From NCBI GenBank assembly GCA_965203175.1, contig OZ241867.1:256001-320000 (forward strand): a stretch of DNA of 64,000 bases, written 5' to 3'. Positions 19,348 through 29,218 of the stretch are shown one piece after another. Positions within the stretch are counted from its first letter, which is position 1. The number at the start of each line of letters is the position of its first letter. Position numbers and translations under genes: made by a program. The notes below the pieces were generated by a model, which saw only the letters and a list, made by a program, of their open reading frames with translations, made no database searches and was not told where the DNA came from. The stretch is from Candidatus Latescibacterota bacterium (lineage in GTDB: Bacteria; Latescibacterota; UBA2968; UBA8231).

Positions 19348-22300
19348 CTAGAAATTGAACTGCAGACCGAAGCGAATCTGGCGTGGCGAGTCGTAGATAT
19401 CGCCGCCCTCGTTGGACCAATAGGCTTGGCGGTTGGCCAAGTTGATCGCCTCGTAGAGTTGCACGTACTGTTGCCCGCCGCTGGCCTCGACGATCTGTTG
19501 GCTCAGTTCCGGATTGGTCAAGAAGCCATCGTCCTTGTCGGAGCCGGTGCGGTTGTACACGTTGAGCACGTTCTTGCGATTGAAGAGGTTGAGAATACGG
19601 CTATAGACCTTGGCATTGAGACCAAATAGCGAGAAGCCCTTGTCGACGCGCAGGTTGGTATTGAAAGTCCACGGCGTCGTCGAGCGGTTGATCGACTCGA
19701 GCGGCTTGCGCGAGCGCGGGTCGAAGCTGTCGAGTACGCCGGCGTTTTCTGGACCGCGCTGACCGATCGAACCGGTGACCAAGGTAAAGTTGTGCCCGCT
19801 CGTGAAGCTCATCAGCAGGTTGGCCCCGAGACCCCGCAGAATTGGGTTGGGCTCGTTGTCGGGGTAGCGGTAGTCTAGGAAGATCGAGCCGCGGTGCGTC
19901 TCGTTAAAGTCGAGCGGCGAGATGATCGTCGGCAGGTTGGTCTCGTTCTCAACCCCGGAAATGGCCGAGCCAGTATACGAACCCGTGCCGCGTGCGTCGG
20001 ACAGGGTGTAGTTCAGTTCGGTGCGTAGGTTATTGACGCGCCTGAGCTTGAACTGGAACTCAATGCCCTTGGTCGTGGCGAAGTCGCCGTTTTGCAGGAA
20101 AACGTACGCACCAGCGTCAACCGCGCTAGCCGAGAGTTGCTGCTTGCGCAACTGTATCTGCCCTTTGATGTCGCGGTAGAAGCCCGTGACGTCAAAGGAA
20201 GCGGACTCGGAGAACTGACGCTCAAAGCCGATTTCGTACTGGGTAGTCCGCATCGGCTCGATGTCGTAGGCGGTCGGATAGCGGATGTAGTTCTGGCCGC
20301 CCAACTCTAGGGCAAGGCGCGCGCCGCCGGCATACATGGAGCGCATCGCCGGCATTTGCGAGAAGCGCCCGTATTGCACGTGAAAAACCGTCAAATCCGA
20401 CACTGGGAACGACATCCCCAAACGCGGGCTAATATCGGTGTAGGTGGGAGTCTTTTCCATCGACGCGAGATCAATGGTGTAGTTTTTCGAGTCTCGCACC
20501 GGTGCTGCCGGATCCTTAAAGCGCCAGCTATCCGCGTCGAAGTAGTCGATGCGCAGACCGGCGTTGATGATCAGGTCGTTATACTCGACCTTGTCTTGGA
20601 TAAAGGCAGCGGCTACCGTCGGATGGCGCGGTGCCTCTAGCCCCTCGCGGTCGGTCTCGCGACCGAACTCGTCGAAGCCAAAGAAATCGCTGGCACTAGT
20701 CGAGCGCAGCAACCTAACAAGATCCTGCTTGCTACCCTTGCCATCTTCAAGACTCTCGGCCTTCTTGAGCAGTTCGTCGAGGATCTGGTCTTCGCTTATC
20801 TCATCGTTGTAGTAGCGGTCGTACACCGCGTCCAGCTCGGGATAGGTGTTGGCTATCCCCGAGCGGATCGAACGCAACGAGATCCCATAGCGCCGCGTGG
20901 TCCAATTCTGGTAGTCGAAACCGGCCTTAAGCTGATGCATGTCGGTTTGCTTGGTCCAGCTACCGGCCAGCCCCCAATAGCCATCCGACGTGGTGCTGTA
21001 GGAGGTCGTACGCGAACCCGGGCGGCTGAAGGGAAAGCCAGCCAGATCGTAGAGCCTGGGCCCCGAACCTTGCTGGGTATAGGGCGTGTACTCACCCGTG
21101 CCCTCGAGGGCGCGCTGTACGGCCACGCTGTCGTTGTACACCCACCACCGATCTTTGAAAAGCGGGTCGTAGGACTCGGCACTCCGCTCGTAGCGGCTCA
21201 CGTTGAGTTCGTAGAACATGCTCTTGTCGAGCAGGTGGGTGATCTTGGCGTTGACTAGGTTGGAGGACGCATCCGACTCGCGCAGACGCCGGGTGTTAAA
21301 AACATTGCGGATGGGCGTGTAGTTGCTTTCAGAAAACCCGTCCGTGTACAGATTCGTGAGGCGGACCTGGACAGGATAGTAGTCGAGCAGCAAGGTCCCG
21401 TTGAAAATGACCGCTTCACTACTCGTGTGCGGAATATTGCCGGGCTTGATTTCGAGCTGCTCGATCTGGTCGGGAACGAGATTGCCTTCTTCGTCCTCGC
21501 TCCAGTGCCGGCGTCCACCGCGGAGGCCAGTGTCTTCGAGATCCTCGAAGGTAAATCCCGACCAGTAAGTCGGCCAGGAACCGATGCCGCGGCGCTGGCC
21601 AGCCAAGAAGGCGCGAATCTTCTGGTTTCCCACAACCGGACCACCGGCGGTCATCACCTGATTGAAGTAGCCGTAGGAATACGTGCCAAAGCGCTGCTCG
21701 TAGTCGTTGGTAAAATTGTCCGACTCAGAGAGGATTTCGAAGTCCCACTCGCTGCCGCCGGTGCGCAACTCTTGCAGAATAATGCCGGCGTTGGCACCGC
21801 CGTACTCGGCGTTAAAGCCGCCGGCCTGGAGCTGGATTTCCTCCAGCGCCTCGTCGATCAGGCCCACCGCGCTGCTGCCAGTGACCACATTGCGGACGCT
21901 GGCCCCCTCAACGTAGTAGCCGATCTCGTCGCTGCGCGAGCCGCGGATGTGAAGCGACCCCTCATCTTCAACCACGCCGGTCTGCAGGGCTATGACTGAA
22001 CTGACACCTCGGAGCGGCAGAATCTCGAGATCTTCAGCATCGATAATGCGCACCGCATTGGTGGCGGTTTTGTCGATGATCGGCCGCTCGGCGCGGATTA
22101 CTACTTCCTCGACCTGGATATCCGAAGAAGTCAATTCAACGGCGATATTCGTGGTCAGGTCGGCGGAGACCCGCACGTCCTCGACGGTATAATCCGCGTA
22201 GCCGATATACGTGGCCTTGAGGGTGTAGGTGCCCGCTGGCACGTTGAGAATAAAAAAGCGGCCCTTTTCGTCCGCTGTAGCCCCTAGCTTGGTATCCACC

Positions 22301-22458
22301 ACCACGATATTGGCATGGGGCAGCCCATCCCCAGTGGCGGCATCCTTGATGACACCGGCGATCTTGCCGCCCGTACTGGCCCCGGCTGGAGCCAAGCTCA
22401 GCGCGAGCAGGACGCCCAGTGCGGTCAAGACGCGAAAAACGCTCGCAAATTTAGTCAT
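19348..22458 (-). CDS. TonB-dependent receptor with N-terminal carboxypeptidase-regulatory-like domain
   Basis: GKIAGVIKD...GTYTL, plug HIRGSRSDE...GGFNAEYG, barrel SPRLG, NLFN...PRQIRFGLQFNF. Confidence 0.92.
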   Translation of the reverse strand: MTKFASVFRVLTALGVLLALSLAPAGASTGGKIAGVIKDAATGDGLPHANIVVVDTKLGATADEKGRFFILNVPAGTYTLKATYIGYADYTVEDVRVSADLTTNIAVELTSSDIQVEEVVIRAERPIIDKTATNAVRIIDAEDLEILPLRGVSSVIALQTGVVEDEGSLHIRGSRSDEIGYYVEGASVRNVVTGSSAVGLIDEALEEIQLQAGGFNAEYGGANAGIILQELRTGGSEWDFEILSESDNFTNDYEQRFGTYSYGYFNQVMTAGGPVVGNQKIRAFLAGQRRGIGSWPTYWSGFTFEDLEDTGLRGGRRHWSEDEEGNLVPDQIEQLEIKPGNIPHTSSEAVIFNGTLLLDYYPVQVRLTNLYTDGFSESNYTPIRNVFNTRRLRESDASSNLVNAKITHLLDKSMFYELNVSRYERSAESYDPLFKDRWWVYNDSVAVQRALEGTGEYTPYTQQGSGPRLYDLAGFPFSRPGSRTTSYSTTSDGYWGLAGSWTKQTDMHQLKAGFDYQNWTTRRYGISLRSIRSGIANTYPELDAVYDRYYNDEISEDQILDELLKKAESLEDGKGSKQDLVRLLRSTSASDFFGFDEFGRETDREGLEAPRHPTVAAAFIQDKVEYNDLIINAGLRIDYFDADSWRFKDPAAPVRDSKNYTIDLASMEKTPTYTDISPRLGMSFPVSDLTVFHVQYGRFSQMPAMRSMYAGGARLALELGGQNYIRYPTAYDIEPMRTTQYEIGFERQFSESASFDVTGFYRDIKGQIQLRKQQLSASAVDAGAYVFLQNGDFATTKGIEFQFKLRRVNNLRTELNYTLSDARGTGSYTGSAISGVENETNLPTIISPLDFNETHRGSIFLDYRYPDNEPNPILRGLGANLLMSFTSGHNFTLVTGSIGQRGPENAGVLDSFDPRSRKPLESINRSTTPWTFNTNLRVDKGFSLFGLNAKVYSRILNLFNRKNVLNVYNRTGSDKDDGFLTNPELSQQIVEASGGQQYVQLYEAINLANRQAYWSNEGGDIYDSPRQIRFGLQFNF

Positions 22459-22491
22459 ATGTCCCTCCTTTGTAGGGTACTCAATACCCCT

Positions 22492-23205
22492 TCACATCAG
22501 GCGCAACCAGTCGTCTAAGAGAAAGGTCACACGCCCGATCAACAGCGAGACCCTCGCCATAATGGTGTAACCAAAAGAAGCCCCAAACGAGATCATCAAA
22601 AACCATATCCCCACCTTGGAGATGTGGCCCGCCGTGCCGGTGTGCTCGACGGAAAAAAAGAAATAAACCAACACCCCGATGACCCCCACGAGGACGATCA
22701 GCAAATTGAGCCCCTCCAAGCTCCAGGTTAGTGGTTTTAATGTAGGTTCTATTTGGGCCAAAATAAAGGAAGAAATATAGCGGGGAATCGTCAGGCCAGC
22801 CGCGAGCCCGACAAAGAATGCAAAAGCATAGCGGCTGAGCCAACCGAAGCGCAGCGAAAAGCGCGTCAACATCAACAGCCCGAGCACCGTCGGAGCCAAA
22901 AGCCACCAATTGGGCGTCTCCCCTTCCCCCGGATTGGTCCATTCGGCAATAATCTCGCCGTAGAGCGTCGGGTACCAATTCTGACCGAAAATGTAAGCCG
23001 CTGCCACGCCGACGAAAACGTGCTCGGCAAACTTAAAAAGAGGGTTATCCTTGTAGAGAAAACTATAGAGCGCCAAGGTCATGCCCGCCGCAACAATGAT
23101 GCCCAAGCCCGTCCAGTCCGCCGCCAAGGTCCCGTTGGCCACTAAGCCGATATTGACAGCGACAAACAGCAAAAGCAAGCCCAGAAAAATATACGTATCG
23201 CGCAC
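22492..23205 (-). CDS. conserved hypothetical integral membrane protein (GlmL-like module)
   Basis: ~7 hydrophobic segments; YSFLYKDNPLFKFAEH and FGASFGYTIMAR motifs; 3-bp gap to the upstream gene. Confidence 0.75.
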   Translation of the reverse strand: MRDTYIFLGLLLLFVAVNIGLVANGTLAADWTGLGIIVAAGMTLALYSFLYKDNPLFKFAEHVFVGVAAAYIFGQNWYPTLYGEIIAEWTNPGEGETPNWWLLAPTVLGLLMLTRFSLRFGWLSRYAFAFFVGLAAGLTIPRYISSFILAQIEPTLKPLTWSLEGLNLLIVLVGVIGVLVYFFFSVEHTGTAGHISKVGIWFLMISFGASFGYTIMARVSLLIGRVTFLLDDWLRLM

Positions 23206-23208
23206 GGC

Positions 23209-24027
23209 TTAGCTCTCCTGTTGCAATCGGCCTCGCCGACTGGCGAAGTAAGCGATATTGCCAAAGATCACGAAAGCTACAATGATCAAATGGGTAACCG
23301 ACTGGGGAGGCATGCTCTTATTCGCCTCATCGCGGTGGTCAATCAGAACCTCGTAGGCGGCTGCACCGGCCAAGCCGCCGAGCAGGCCCACGAGTTGGCC
23401 CGAGCCGAGGAATGGATAGAGGTCTGGTGCCACCACTGCGGTGCAGCCGGCGGCAAAAGGAAAGCCGTATTTCTCCTGCCCGTAGGGAATCCACCAAAAC
23501 TCAATCGAATCCCCGGCCCCTAGGTCGAAAACGAGGTCGAAATCCCTCAGTGAGCGCACACTCCGCATCAATTCCAAATCGCCAACATCTGCGCCCCAAT
23601 TGTCCTGCGGGAAGGTGCCGTGTACGTCGTGCCCCATATTGAGAACGACGCTAAAATTGCCCGGCTTGTAGCCCATAAAGGTGTAATCCACCCCGTACTC
23701 CAAGTCGAATTCAGCCGTCATTTTGTCGAGCACCGCTTGAGCTAACCCGGTCGCTTCAGGCCACAGGCAGATGGCGACGACCTTGAGCTCGCGGCGAAAC
23801 GCGTGGCGCAAAACCGCCCGCGCCATGGGCTGCATCTCAGGAGCCGTGCTGGCACCGTAAGAAAAAGAGACTAAGACGACCTGCCCGGCGTCAAGTTGCT
23901 CGACTTGGTCGTAAGCCGCTCTCACCTGCTTGGACGGCGTGATCGGCAGGTCTAGCCCGACCAAGAGCGGCACAGCCACTCCGATAAACATCAAAGCAAA
24001 GAGGATGCGGCGATCAATCTGCATCAC
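23209..24027 (-). CDS. hypothetical membrane-anchored protein (GlmL-like module)
   Basis: N- and C-terminal TM segments around an alpha/beta domain; GLLGGLAGAAAYE; overlaps the upstream stop. Confidence 0.72.
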   Translation of the reverse strand: MMQIDRRILFALMFIGVAVPLLVGLDLPITPSKQVRAAYDQVEQLDAGQVVLVSFSYGASTAPEMQPMARAVLRHAFRRELKVVAICLWPEATGLAQAVLDKMTAEFDLEYGVDYTFMGYKPGNFSVVLNMGHDVHGTFPQDNWGADVGDLELMRSVRSLRDFDLVFDLGAGDSIEFWWIPYGQEKYGFPFAAGCTAVVAPDLYPFLGSGQLVGLLGGLAGAAAYEVLIDHRDEANKSMPPQSVTHLIIVAFVIFGNIAYFASRRGRLQQES

Positions 24028-24683
24028 TCGTCTCCTCCACCGCCCAAGTACGAACGCTCAATGCCGAAGATGATCCGCAGCGAGGTCGCGATGGCCCCTA
24101 GGGACACCCCGAGCAGAATCCCGCGCTTGGCCGCTAAATTCGGCACGCTCATCAGCCACTCGCTCACCAGCGGAAAATACTCGGAGATCTCTCGGCCAAT
24201 GGGCACCTGGCCTAGCATGACGATCACCGCTGCGACCAGCAACAGCGCGGCCTCGGGCGTGCGGGCGCGGAAGGTTCGGTAGGCCGCCGAAGCGATAAAA
24301 AAAGCCAAGATCGAGAACATAGTCCCCGAACAGGGCTGATGAACGTAATTGAAGAGCCAATTATAGCCCCCGGCTTCGGCCTGGGCGGCAAAGGGGCCGT
24401 GCCCATCGTTGTAGATAACGAAGAACATCATCAGCACAAAGCTGGCGATGGCAACGAAGCTGTAGCCCCAACCGACGACGTGCTGGCGGATCCGCTGCCA
24501 ATGCAGGTTGAGTAGGCTGTAGAGTCCAAGTAGATAAGAAAACGCGAAGACAATACGCACCCACAGCGCCATTTCTTGTTCAAAACTCTGTGCATTACCG
24601 TGCGGTATGTAGTAGATGGCAATGCCTAGCAGGCCAAAGACTAAGGCGACGGCCAGTGGTAAAGTCCGGCTAAAAAATGGCAT
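24024..24683 (-). CDS. hypothetical integral membrane protein (GlmL-like module)
   Basis: ~6 TM segments; FSILAFFIASAAYRTFR, RIIFGIERSYLG; AGGAGG SD. Confidence 0.75.
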   Translation of the reverse strand: MPFFSRTLPLAVALVFGLLGIAIYYIPHGNAQSFEQEMALWVRIVFAFSYLLGLYSLLNLHWQRIRQHVVGWGYSFVAIASFVLMMFFVIYNDGHGPFAAQAEAGGYNWLFNYVHQPCSGTMFSILAFFIASAAYRTFRARTPEAALLLVAAVIVMLGQVPIGREISEYFPLVSEWLMSVPNLAAKRGILLGVSLGAIATSLRIIFGIERSYLGGGGDE

Positions 24684-24692
24684 GGCCCCTCC

Positions 24693-25985
24693 TCAATAAG
24701 GAGTAAAGAAGTGGGTTAGCTGGGGCAGCTCTAAAGCCGCCAAGATTGCGCCCAACACCAAAGCGGCTAAAATAAGGGCCTTGCCGGCGTCCTGGCCCTT
24801 GAGGGAGCCGAGCATTCTCGGCTCACCCGATAGATAAGCACTGGCTGCATAGAGCTCTTCGCCGAGCAGGGTATAGTCGCAGGTAGTAATAAAGAACGGC
24901 AACTGGGTGAAGGCATCGGTACCAGCGATCTGGATCGCCCCGGTCGTCGAACCTGTCTCGGCCAATAGCAGCGACTCAGCGTAGAAGTACCCCATCATAA
25001 TGTGAGCTGCCGGGCGATCGCGAACCATGATGCCCTCGACTGCCGCAGCGTAGCTAAACTGCTCGGTACCGGCGATGAAGACATGGTCTGGATTGAAAGC
25101 ATCGGGCCGTCCCGCCTCGACATACGAGGCTTTCATCGTCTCCTGACTCACAGATAGAACCACCGGGTCTGGGGCCACCACCCGCAGCGCAGTGTCGTAT
25201 TCGGCAGTGCGCCGTGCAACCCGTCCCAAGATATTGACCGCGGCAATGGTCGATATCGAGTCCATGCCGCGCAGGCCGTGAATGAAAAGCACCGGCTTGC
25301 CCATCTCGGTCGCCCGCCCTAGCGCCTCGTCGAGTGCCTCTAATCCGGCGATGCGGCGGATCTTGAGTTCGCGTCGCCGCGCAATGCCAATGTAGCCCAT
25401 GATGAGCCCTGAGAACACGAGGCACAACACTAGGTTATTGACCTTGGCGTCATTAAAAAAATTGCCTTTGGACTCGGCGTTGACGATCACCTTGCCGCGG
25501 ATCGCACCGCCGGCCGACCGCACATCGATGTGAAAGTAATACGTCTTGCCGTCTTCTAACGGCGTCTTGCCGCCCGTGCCAGCGAATTCCTCGACGTTGA
25601 CATAGTGATGATTCTCCAGATCGGCCCCACGACCAAAGAGCGCCGGCACCTCGGACATAAAATTCTCCATTGCCGCAACCTCGGTCACGACGCGAAAAGG
25701 CCCGCTGGGCGAATCGGCGATGGCGACCTGATACATCGCATTTTCGCTGATCTGACGATCTCGCTGCCAAGTCAGCGTAATGCTGCCCCCGTCGTCGTTG
25801 GGCGTGTCGAAGGCTTGGACCTCAATCGGTGGCATAGGATGTGCTAGCAACTCGCCGAGTTCCTGTTCTTCGACCGGCGGCGCAGGGTCTGTCAGCAACG
25901 TGCCGATCCCCAGTGTCTCATCTTCCGCCGCGCTCGCCAATGGCCAAGCCAAGACTAATGCAGACAGCCAGTTTTTTGCTCTCAT
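24693..25985 (-). CDS. FN3-like domain plus DUF6754-like membrane protein
   Basis: Signal peptide, DTPNDDGGSITLTW FN3-like start, TM, then IRRIAGLEALDEALGRATEMGKPV...DYTLLGEELYAASAYL. Family name is from recall. Confidence 0.7.
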   Translation of the reverse strand: MRAKNWLSALVLAWPLASAAEDETLGIGTLLTDPAPPVEEQELGELLAHPMPPIEVQAFDTPNDDGGSITLTWQRDRQISENAMYQVAIADSPSGPFRVVTEVAAMENFMSEVPALFGRGADLENHHYVNVEEFAGTGGKTPLEDGKTYYFHIDVRSAGGAIRGKVIVNAESKGNFFNDAKVNNLVLCLVFSGLIMGYIGIARRRELKIRRIAGLEALDEALGRATEMGKPVLFIHGLRGMDSISTIAAVNILGRVARRTAEYDTALRVVAPDPVVLSVSQETMKASYVEAGRPDAFNPDHVFIAGTEQFSYAAAVEGIMVRDRPAAHIMMGYFYAESLLLAETGSTTGAIQIAGTDAFTQLPFFITTCDYTLLGEELYAASAYLSGEPRMLGSLKGQDAGKALILAALVLGAILAALELPQLTHFFTPY

Positions 25986-25989
25986 GCCT

Positions 25990-27105
25990 TTATTCCTCAA
26001 TCAGCTCCACATTCGCCCGTGGCACTACCGCCTGCTCCCCGTCTTCAAACTCCACGGCCAATACCCGCACCCGCGCCCCGGACTCCACCGCGCACAGCTC
26101 GGTCGGCAAGTCGCTGACACGGCCGATCCGACCAAAATAGGGCATCCGAATCACCCGCAACAAATCGCCCACCTGCAATCCACCCGCGCCCGGCCGCACC
26201 TCTTCTTCCTCTTTGTCGGCGGCCGTGGGGACGATAATCTCCGGCCGCAAGACGCCAGCGCGGATCTGCGTTGCACCGGCCATGGACGCATCCATGCCAG
26301 CGCACGCCTGCAGAATATCAAAGGTCTTACGCGCCATGGCGACGCGGCCAAAACCCTCAGTCGCTACCACGGTCAGGCCGATTTGCTCGGTCCCGGTGAT
26401 GGCCACGCCCAAATCGCGACCGAGCAAGTCGCGCAAGTCGCGGTCGCGCAGGCCGCCGCCGATCAACCCCACAGCACCTGCCTGCCGGGCCTGTTCCACA
26501 GTCTCTGCGCTAATCAGGCTGCCGACCACTACAATCTTGCCCGCAACTTCCGGGCCCAGCGACCCGGCCGTGGCGTCTGGGGCATCAACCGCCAAGTGCA
26601 GTGCGCCCCAGCACTCGCCTCCCACGCCAAAAATGCCTTGGATATAAGCACCTCGCGCTGCGACGCGCACGCCCTCCTCGGCAAAAACTTCCTCTATGAC
26701 CCCATCGACGTAAGCCAGCACTTCGACCGGCCTAGGAGCTTGGCGCAATATCACCTGCCCCGTCACCGGCGAAATGCTCTCGACGGTACCGCTAACTGGG
26801 GATTCAACTGTGGTCTTGAACCAGCGAATAAATGGCTTAGTCTCGGCGAGTGGCTCGCCGGCTGCGACGCGGTCGCCTTCTTTCTTGAGCATATAGCCGA
26901 CTAGCTCTTGCGGCGAGATGCCCAAGCGGTTGACCAAGTTGAGAGTTGCCACCTCGCCCGGCAGTTCGGTGCGGGCCACGACTTGGTCGCGTCGCACCGC
27001 TTGGCCGCGTTCGACGACAACTTCGCCTTTGAGGGGCAAACGTCGCTCTTTGTCGACGACTGCGTATTGCGTCACGCGCAGTCCAGGGGTATAGGCGTGG
27101 GCCAT
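25990..27105 (-). CDS. hypothetical soluble protein with barrel-sandwich-hybrid repeats and a KOW-like C-terminus
   Basis: VVVERGQAV, KKEGDRVAAGEPLA...SPVSGTVESI (RnfC/NqrA N-terminal-like), VGDLLRVIRMPYFGRIGRV. Confidence 0.7.
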   Translation of the reverse strand: MAHAYTPGLRVTQYAVVDKERRLPLKGEVVVERGQAVRRDQVVARTELPGEVATLNLVNRLGISPQELVGYMLKKEGDRVAAGEPLAETKPFIRWFKTTVESPVSGTVESISPVTGQVILRQAPRPVEVLAYVDGVIEEVFAEEGVRVAARGAYIQGIFGVGGECWGALHLAVDAPDATAGSLGPEVAGKIVVVGSLISAETVEQARQAGAVGLIGGGLRDRDLRDLLGRDLGVAITGTEQIGLTVVATEGFGRVAMARKTFDILQACAGMDASMAGATQIRAGVLRPEIIVPTAADKEEEEVRPGAGGLQVGDLLRVIRMPYFGRIGRVSDLPTELCAVESGARVRVLAVEFEDGEQAVVPRANVELIEE

Positions 27106-27108
27106 GAG

Positions 27109-28890
27109 CTACTCGTATAGGTTTAACGCCTGCTGCCAGTCGCTTATCTGACGCCGGCGGTCTTGATCTGACGCCATCTGGATGGGCCGACCGCGACCGT
27201 CCAGCACTAGCCCCACAATCCCACCGCGCACCCGTGCATTTAGGGCTTGCCCTGGGCCAGCACCCACATCCCAACGCCGCGCCGGCTGGAGCGAGACTTC
27301 GACCTCCTCGCCATCGGCTAGGGGCATCCACTGTAGCTGACCGACCTGCAACTGGCCGGTTTGACGCCCGCTGGGCAGTTCTATCTCGTACTGGAGGCAG
27401 ACCTCGCCGTCCTTACCCTCGCCGACGGGGGCCACACAAGTGCCCAAGTAGATCAGGCAATCGCGCTCGAAAACCTCGGTGGCGGCCCGCTCGTCCACAG
27501 TCGAGAGCACCCCTAGGTGGGGCATCATGAAGATGCTATCGACCGCCAAGCGGGTGATGCCTTCGGGCTGGAAAGCATCTATGAGCATAGCGCAACTCTG
27601 CTCGCGGCGGGGCGCATGCGATAGCACTCCACCGCTGCCGACTATCATGTCCAGCGCCATCATCTCGACTAAACTCTCGCCGGTGGCACCCTGCTCAAAT
27701 ACATCGGCCAGCGTGCGCTTGCTCTGCACCCCCTTCAATCCCACCGCCAACGCCCGGTGCTGGTCAAAAGCCAAGCGCAGGGCTTCGCGGGCAATGGCTT
27801 GTTCTACTTGCAACTCCTGCATGAGCTGCGGGATGGTCGTCGGGCGGATCATCTTGTTCTTGATCCGGTCGCGTAGATCGGCTTCCTCAATGTCAAAAGG
27901 AACCCAGCGCATAATTTGGTCGAGGCCGGCCTCGGCCAGCACGTTGGAGACGCTATAGGACATGCCGAGATTGGCACTGACCGTGCGGTTGAACACATCG
28001 TCGAAGACGCTGAACACATCGGTCGTCGCCCCGCCGATATCCACGCCGACGACGTTGATCTCCTGCTGGCGGGCAATGGTCTGCATGATCTCGCCCACCG
28101 CCCCGGGCGTCGGCATAATCGGCGCGCTGGTCCAGTCCATCAGCGTGCGGTAACCCGGTGCCTGCGCCATGACGTGTTCGAGGAAGAGGTCGTGAATGAC
28201 GTGCCGCGCCGGGTCCAGATTTTCCTCTTCGAGCACGGGGCGGATATTCTCGGTAACGGTCAGAGCCATCTTCCCTCCCAGCGCCTTTTCAACTTCCTCG
28301 CGCGCGTCCTCATTGCCCGCAAAAATAATCGGCAACTGAAAGTCTGCGCCAAAGCGGGGCTTGGGATCGGCCGCGCTGATGAATTCGGCCAACTCGACCA
28401 CGTGGCTGACGGTGCCGCCATCCGTACCGCCCGACAGCAGCACCATATCGGGGCGCAATTGGCGGATGCGCTCTATTTTTTCGTGCGGCAAGCGCCCGTC
28501 GTTGGCAGCGAGCGCGTCCATGACGATCGCCCCGGCACCCAAGGCGCAGCGCTGCGCGCTCTCGCCGGTCATTGCCAGCACCACGCCGGCCACCACCATC
28601 TGCAACCCGCCGCCCGCACTGCTCGTCGAGATGTAGATATCGACCCCAACATCGCCGTCTGCCGGTGTGATAATCCGCTCGCCATCGAGGATCTGCCGGC
28701 CGGAAAGCTCCTCGACCTCCTGAATGGCATTGAGCACCCCCCGGGTAACGTCCTCAAAAGGGGCCTCGACCGTGGTCGGGGCCTCGCCGCGAAAGGTCTG
28801 GCGATACCCTTCGTCCTTCTTTTCGATCAAGATCGCCTTGGTCGTCGTACTGCCGCAGTCCGTGGCGATAACTACGTTGAGGTTATCCAT
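27109..28890 (-). CDS. GlmL/MutL (glutamate mutase reactivase)-like actin-fold ATPase with C-terminal extension
   Basis: ASKHA phosphate-1 TDCGSTTTK, SSAGGGL, LLSGGTDGG, MPTPGAV, phosphate-2 VDIGGATTDVFS, GSGGVL. Confidence 0.85.
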   Translation of the reverse strand: MDNLNVVIATDCGSTTTKAILIEKKDEGYRQTFRGEAPTTVEAPFEDVTRGVLNAIQEVEELSGRQILDGERIITPADGDVGVDIYISTSSAGGGLQMVVAGVVLAMTGESAQRCALGAGAIVMDALAANDGRLPHEKIERIRQLRPDMVLLSGGTDGGTVSHVVELAEFISAADPKPRFGADFQLPIIFAGNEDAREEVEKALGGKMALTVTENIRPVLEEENLDPARHVIHDLFLEHVMAQAPGYRTLMDWTSAPIMPTPGAVGEIMQTIARQQEINVVGVDIGGATTDVFSVFDDVFNRTVSANLGMSYSVSNVLAEAGLDQIMRWVPFDIEEADLRDRIKNKMIRPTTIPQLMQELQVEQAIAREALRLAFDQHRALAVGLKGVQSKRTLADVFEQGATGESLVEMMALDMIVGSGGVLSHAPRREQSCAMLIDAFQPEGITRLAVDSIFMMPHLGVLSTVDERAATEVFERDCLIYLGTCVAPVGEGKDGEVCLQYEIELPSGRQTGQLQVGQLQWMPLADGEEVEVSLQPARRWDVGAGPGQALNARVRGGIVGLVLDGRGRPIQMASDQDRRRQISDWQQALNLYE

Positions 28891-29218
28891 GCTTTTGGCT
28901 TTCGCGCTGGACAATGGCCTCCGCAAGTAAGTCTATGCACTGGCGTCGCTCCAACATGCGCGTAAAGCGCTGGTACTCGTCGCGCGAAAAAACCAGCGTG
29001 GCAAACGGGGACAAAAAGGTCAGGGCCTGACTGCCCAAAAAATTGAGGGGGCGGCAAGCCTCCAACGCCATGGACGCGGCCACTCCCATCCGGCGACGCA
29101 CTAGAAACTCGGCCAGCCGCTCGGCGAGCGCGCGCTCTTCCTCAGACCAACCTGCCTCCGGGTCTTCAAGGGCGAAAGCGTGCCGCCATCGCGCTTTTAA
29201 GCTATTGACTTGGAACAT
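28883..29218 (-). CDS. small hypothetical protein
   Basis: Overlaps both neighbours; LEACRPLNFLGSQAL motif. Confidence 0.65.
   Translation of the reverse strand: MFQVNSLKARWRHAFALEDPEAGWSEEERALAERLAEFLVRRRMGVAASMALEACRPLNFLGSQALTFLSPFATLVFSRDEYQRFTRMLERRQCIDLLAEAIVQRESQKHG

Noticed and set aside
27109-28890. Calling this locus glutamate/methylaspartate mutase or DNA-repair MutL
   Set aside because: No mutase subunits or B12-binding motif nearby, and the motifs are ASKHA-type rather than GHKL.
25780-28965. Long plus-strand ORFs (374 aa, 349 aa) and similar ones across the window
   Set aside because: Antisense to well-supported genes; expected from high-GC codon bias; no motifs.
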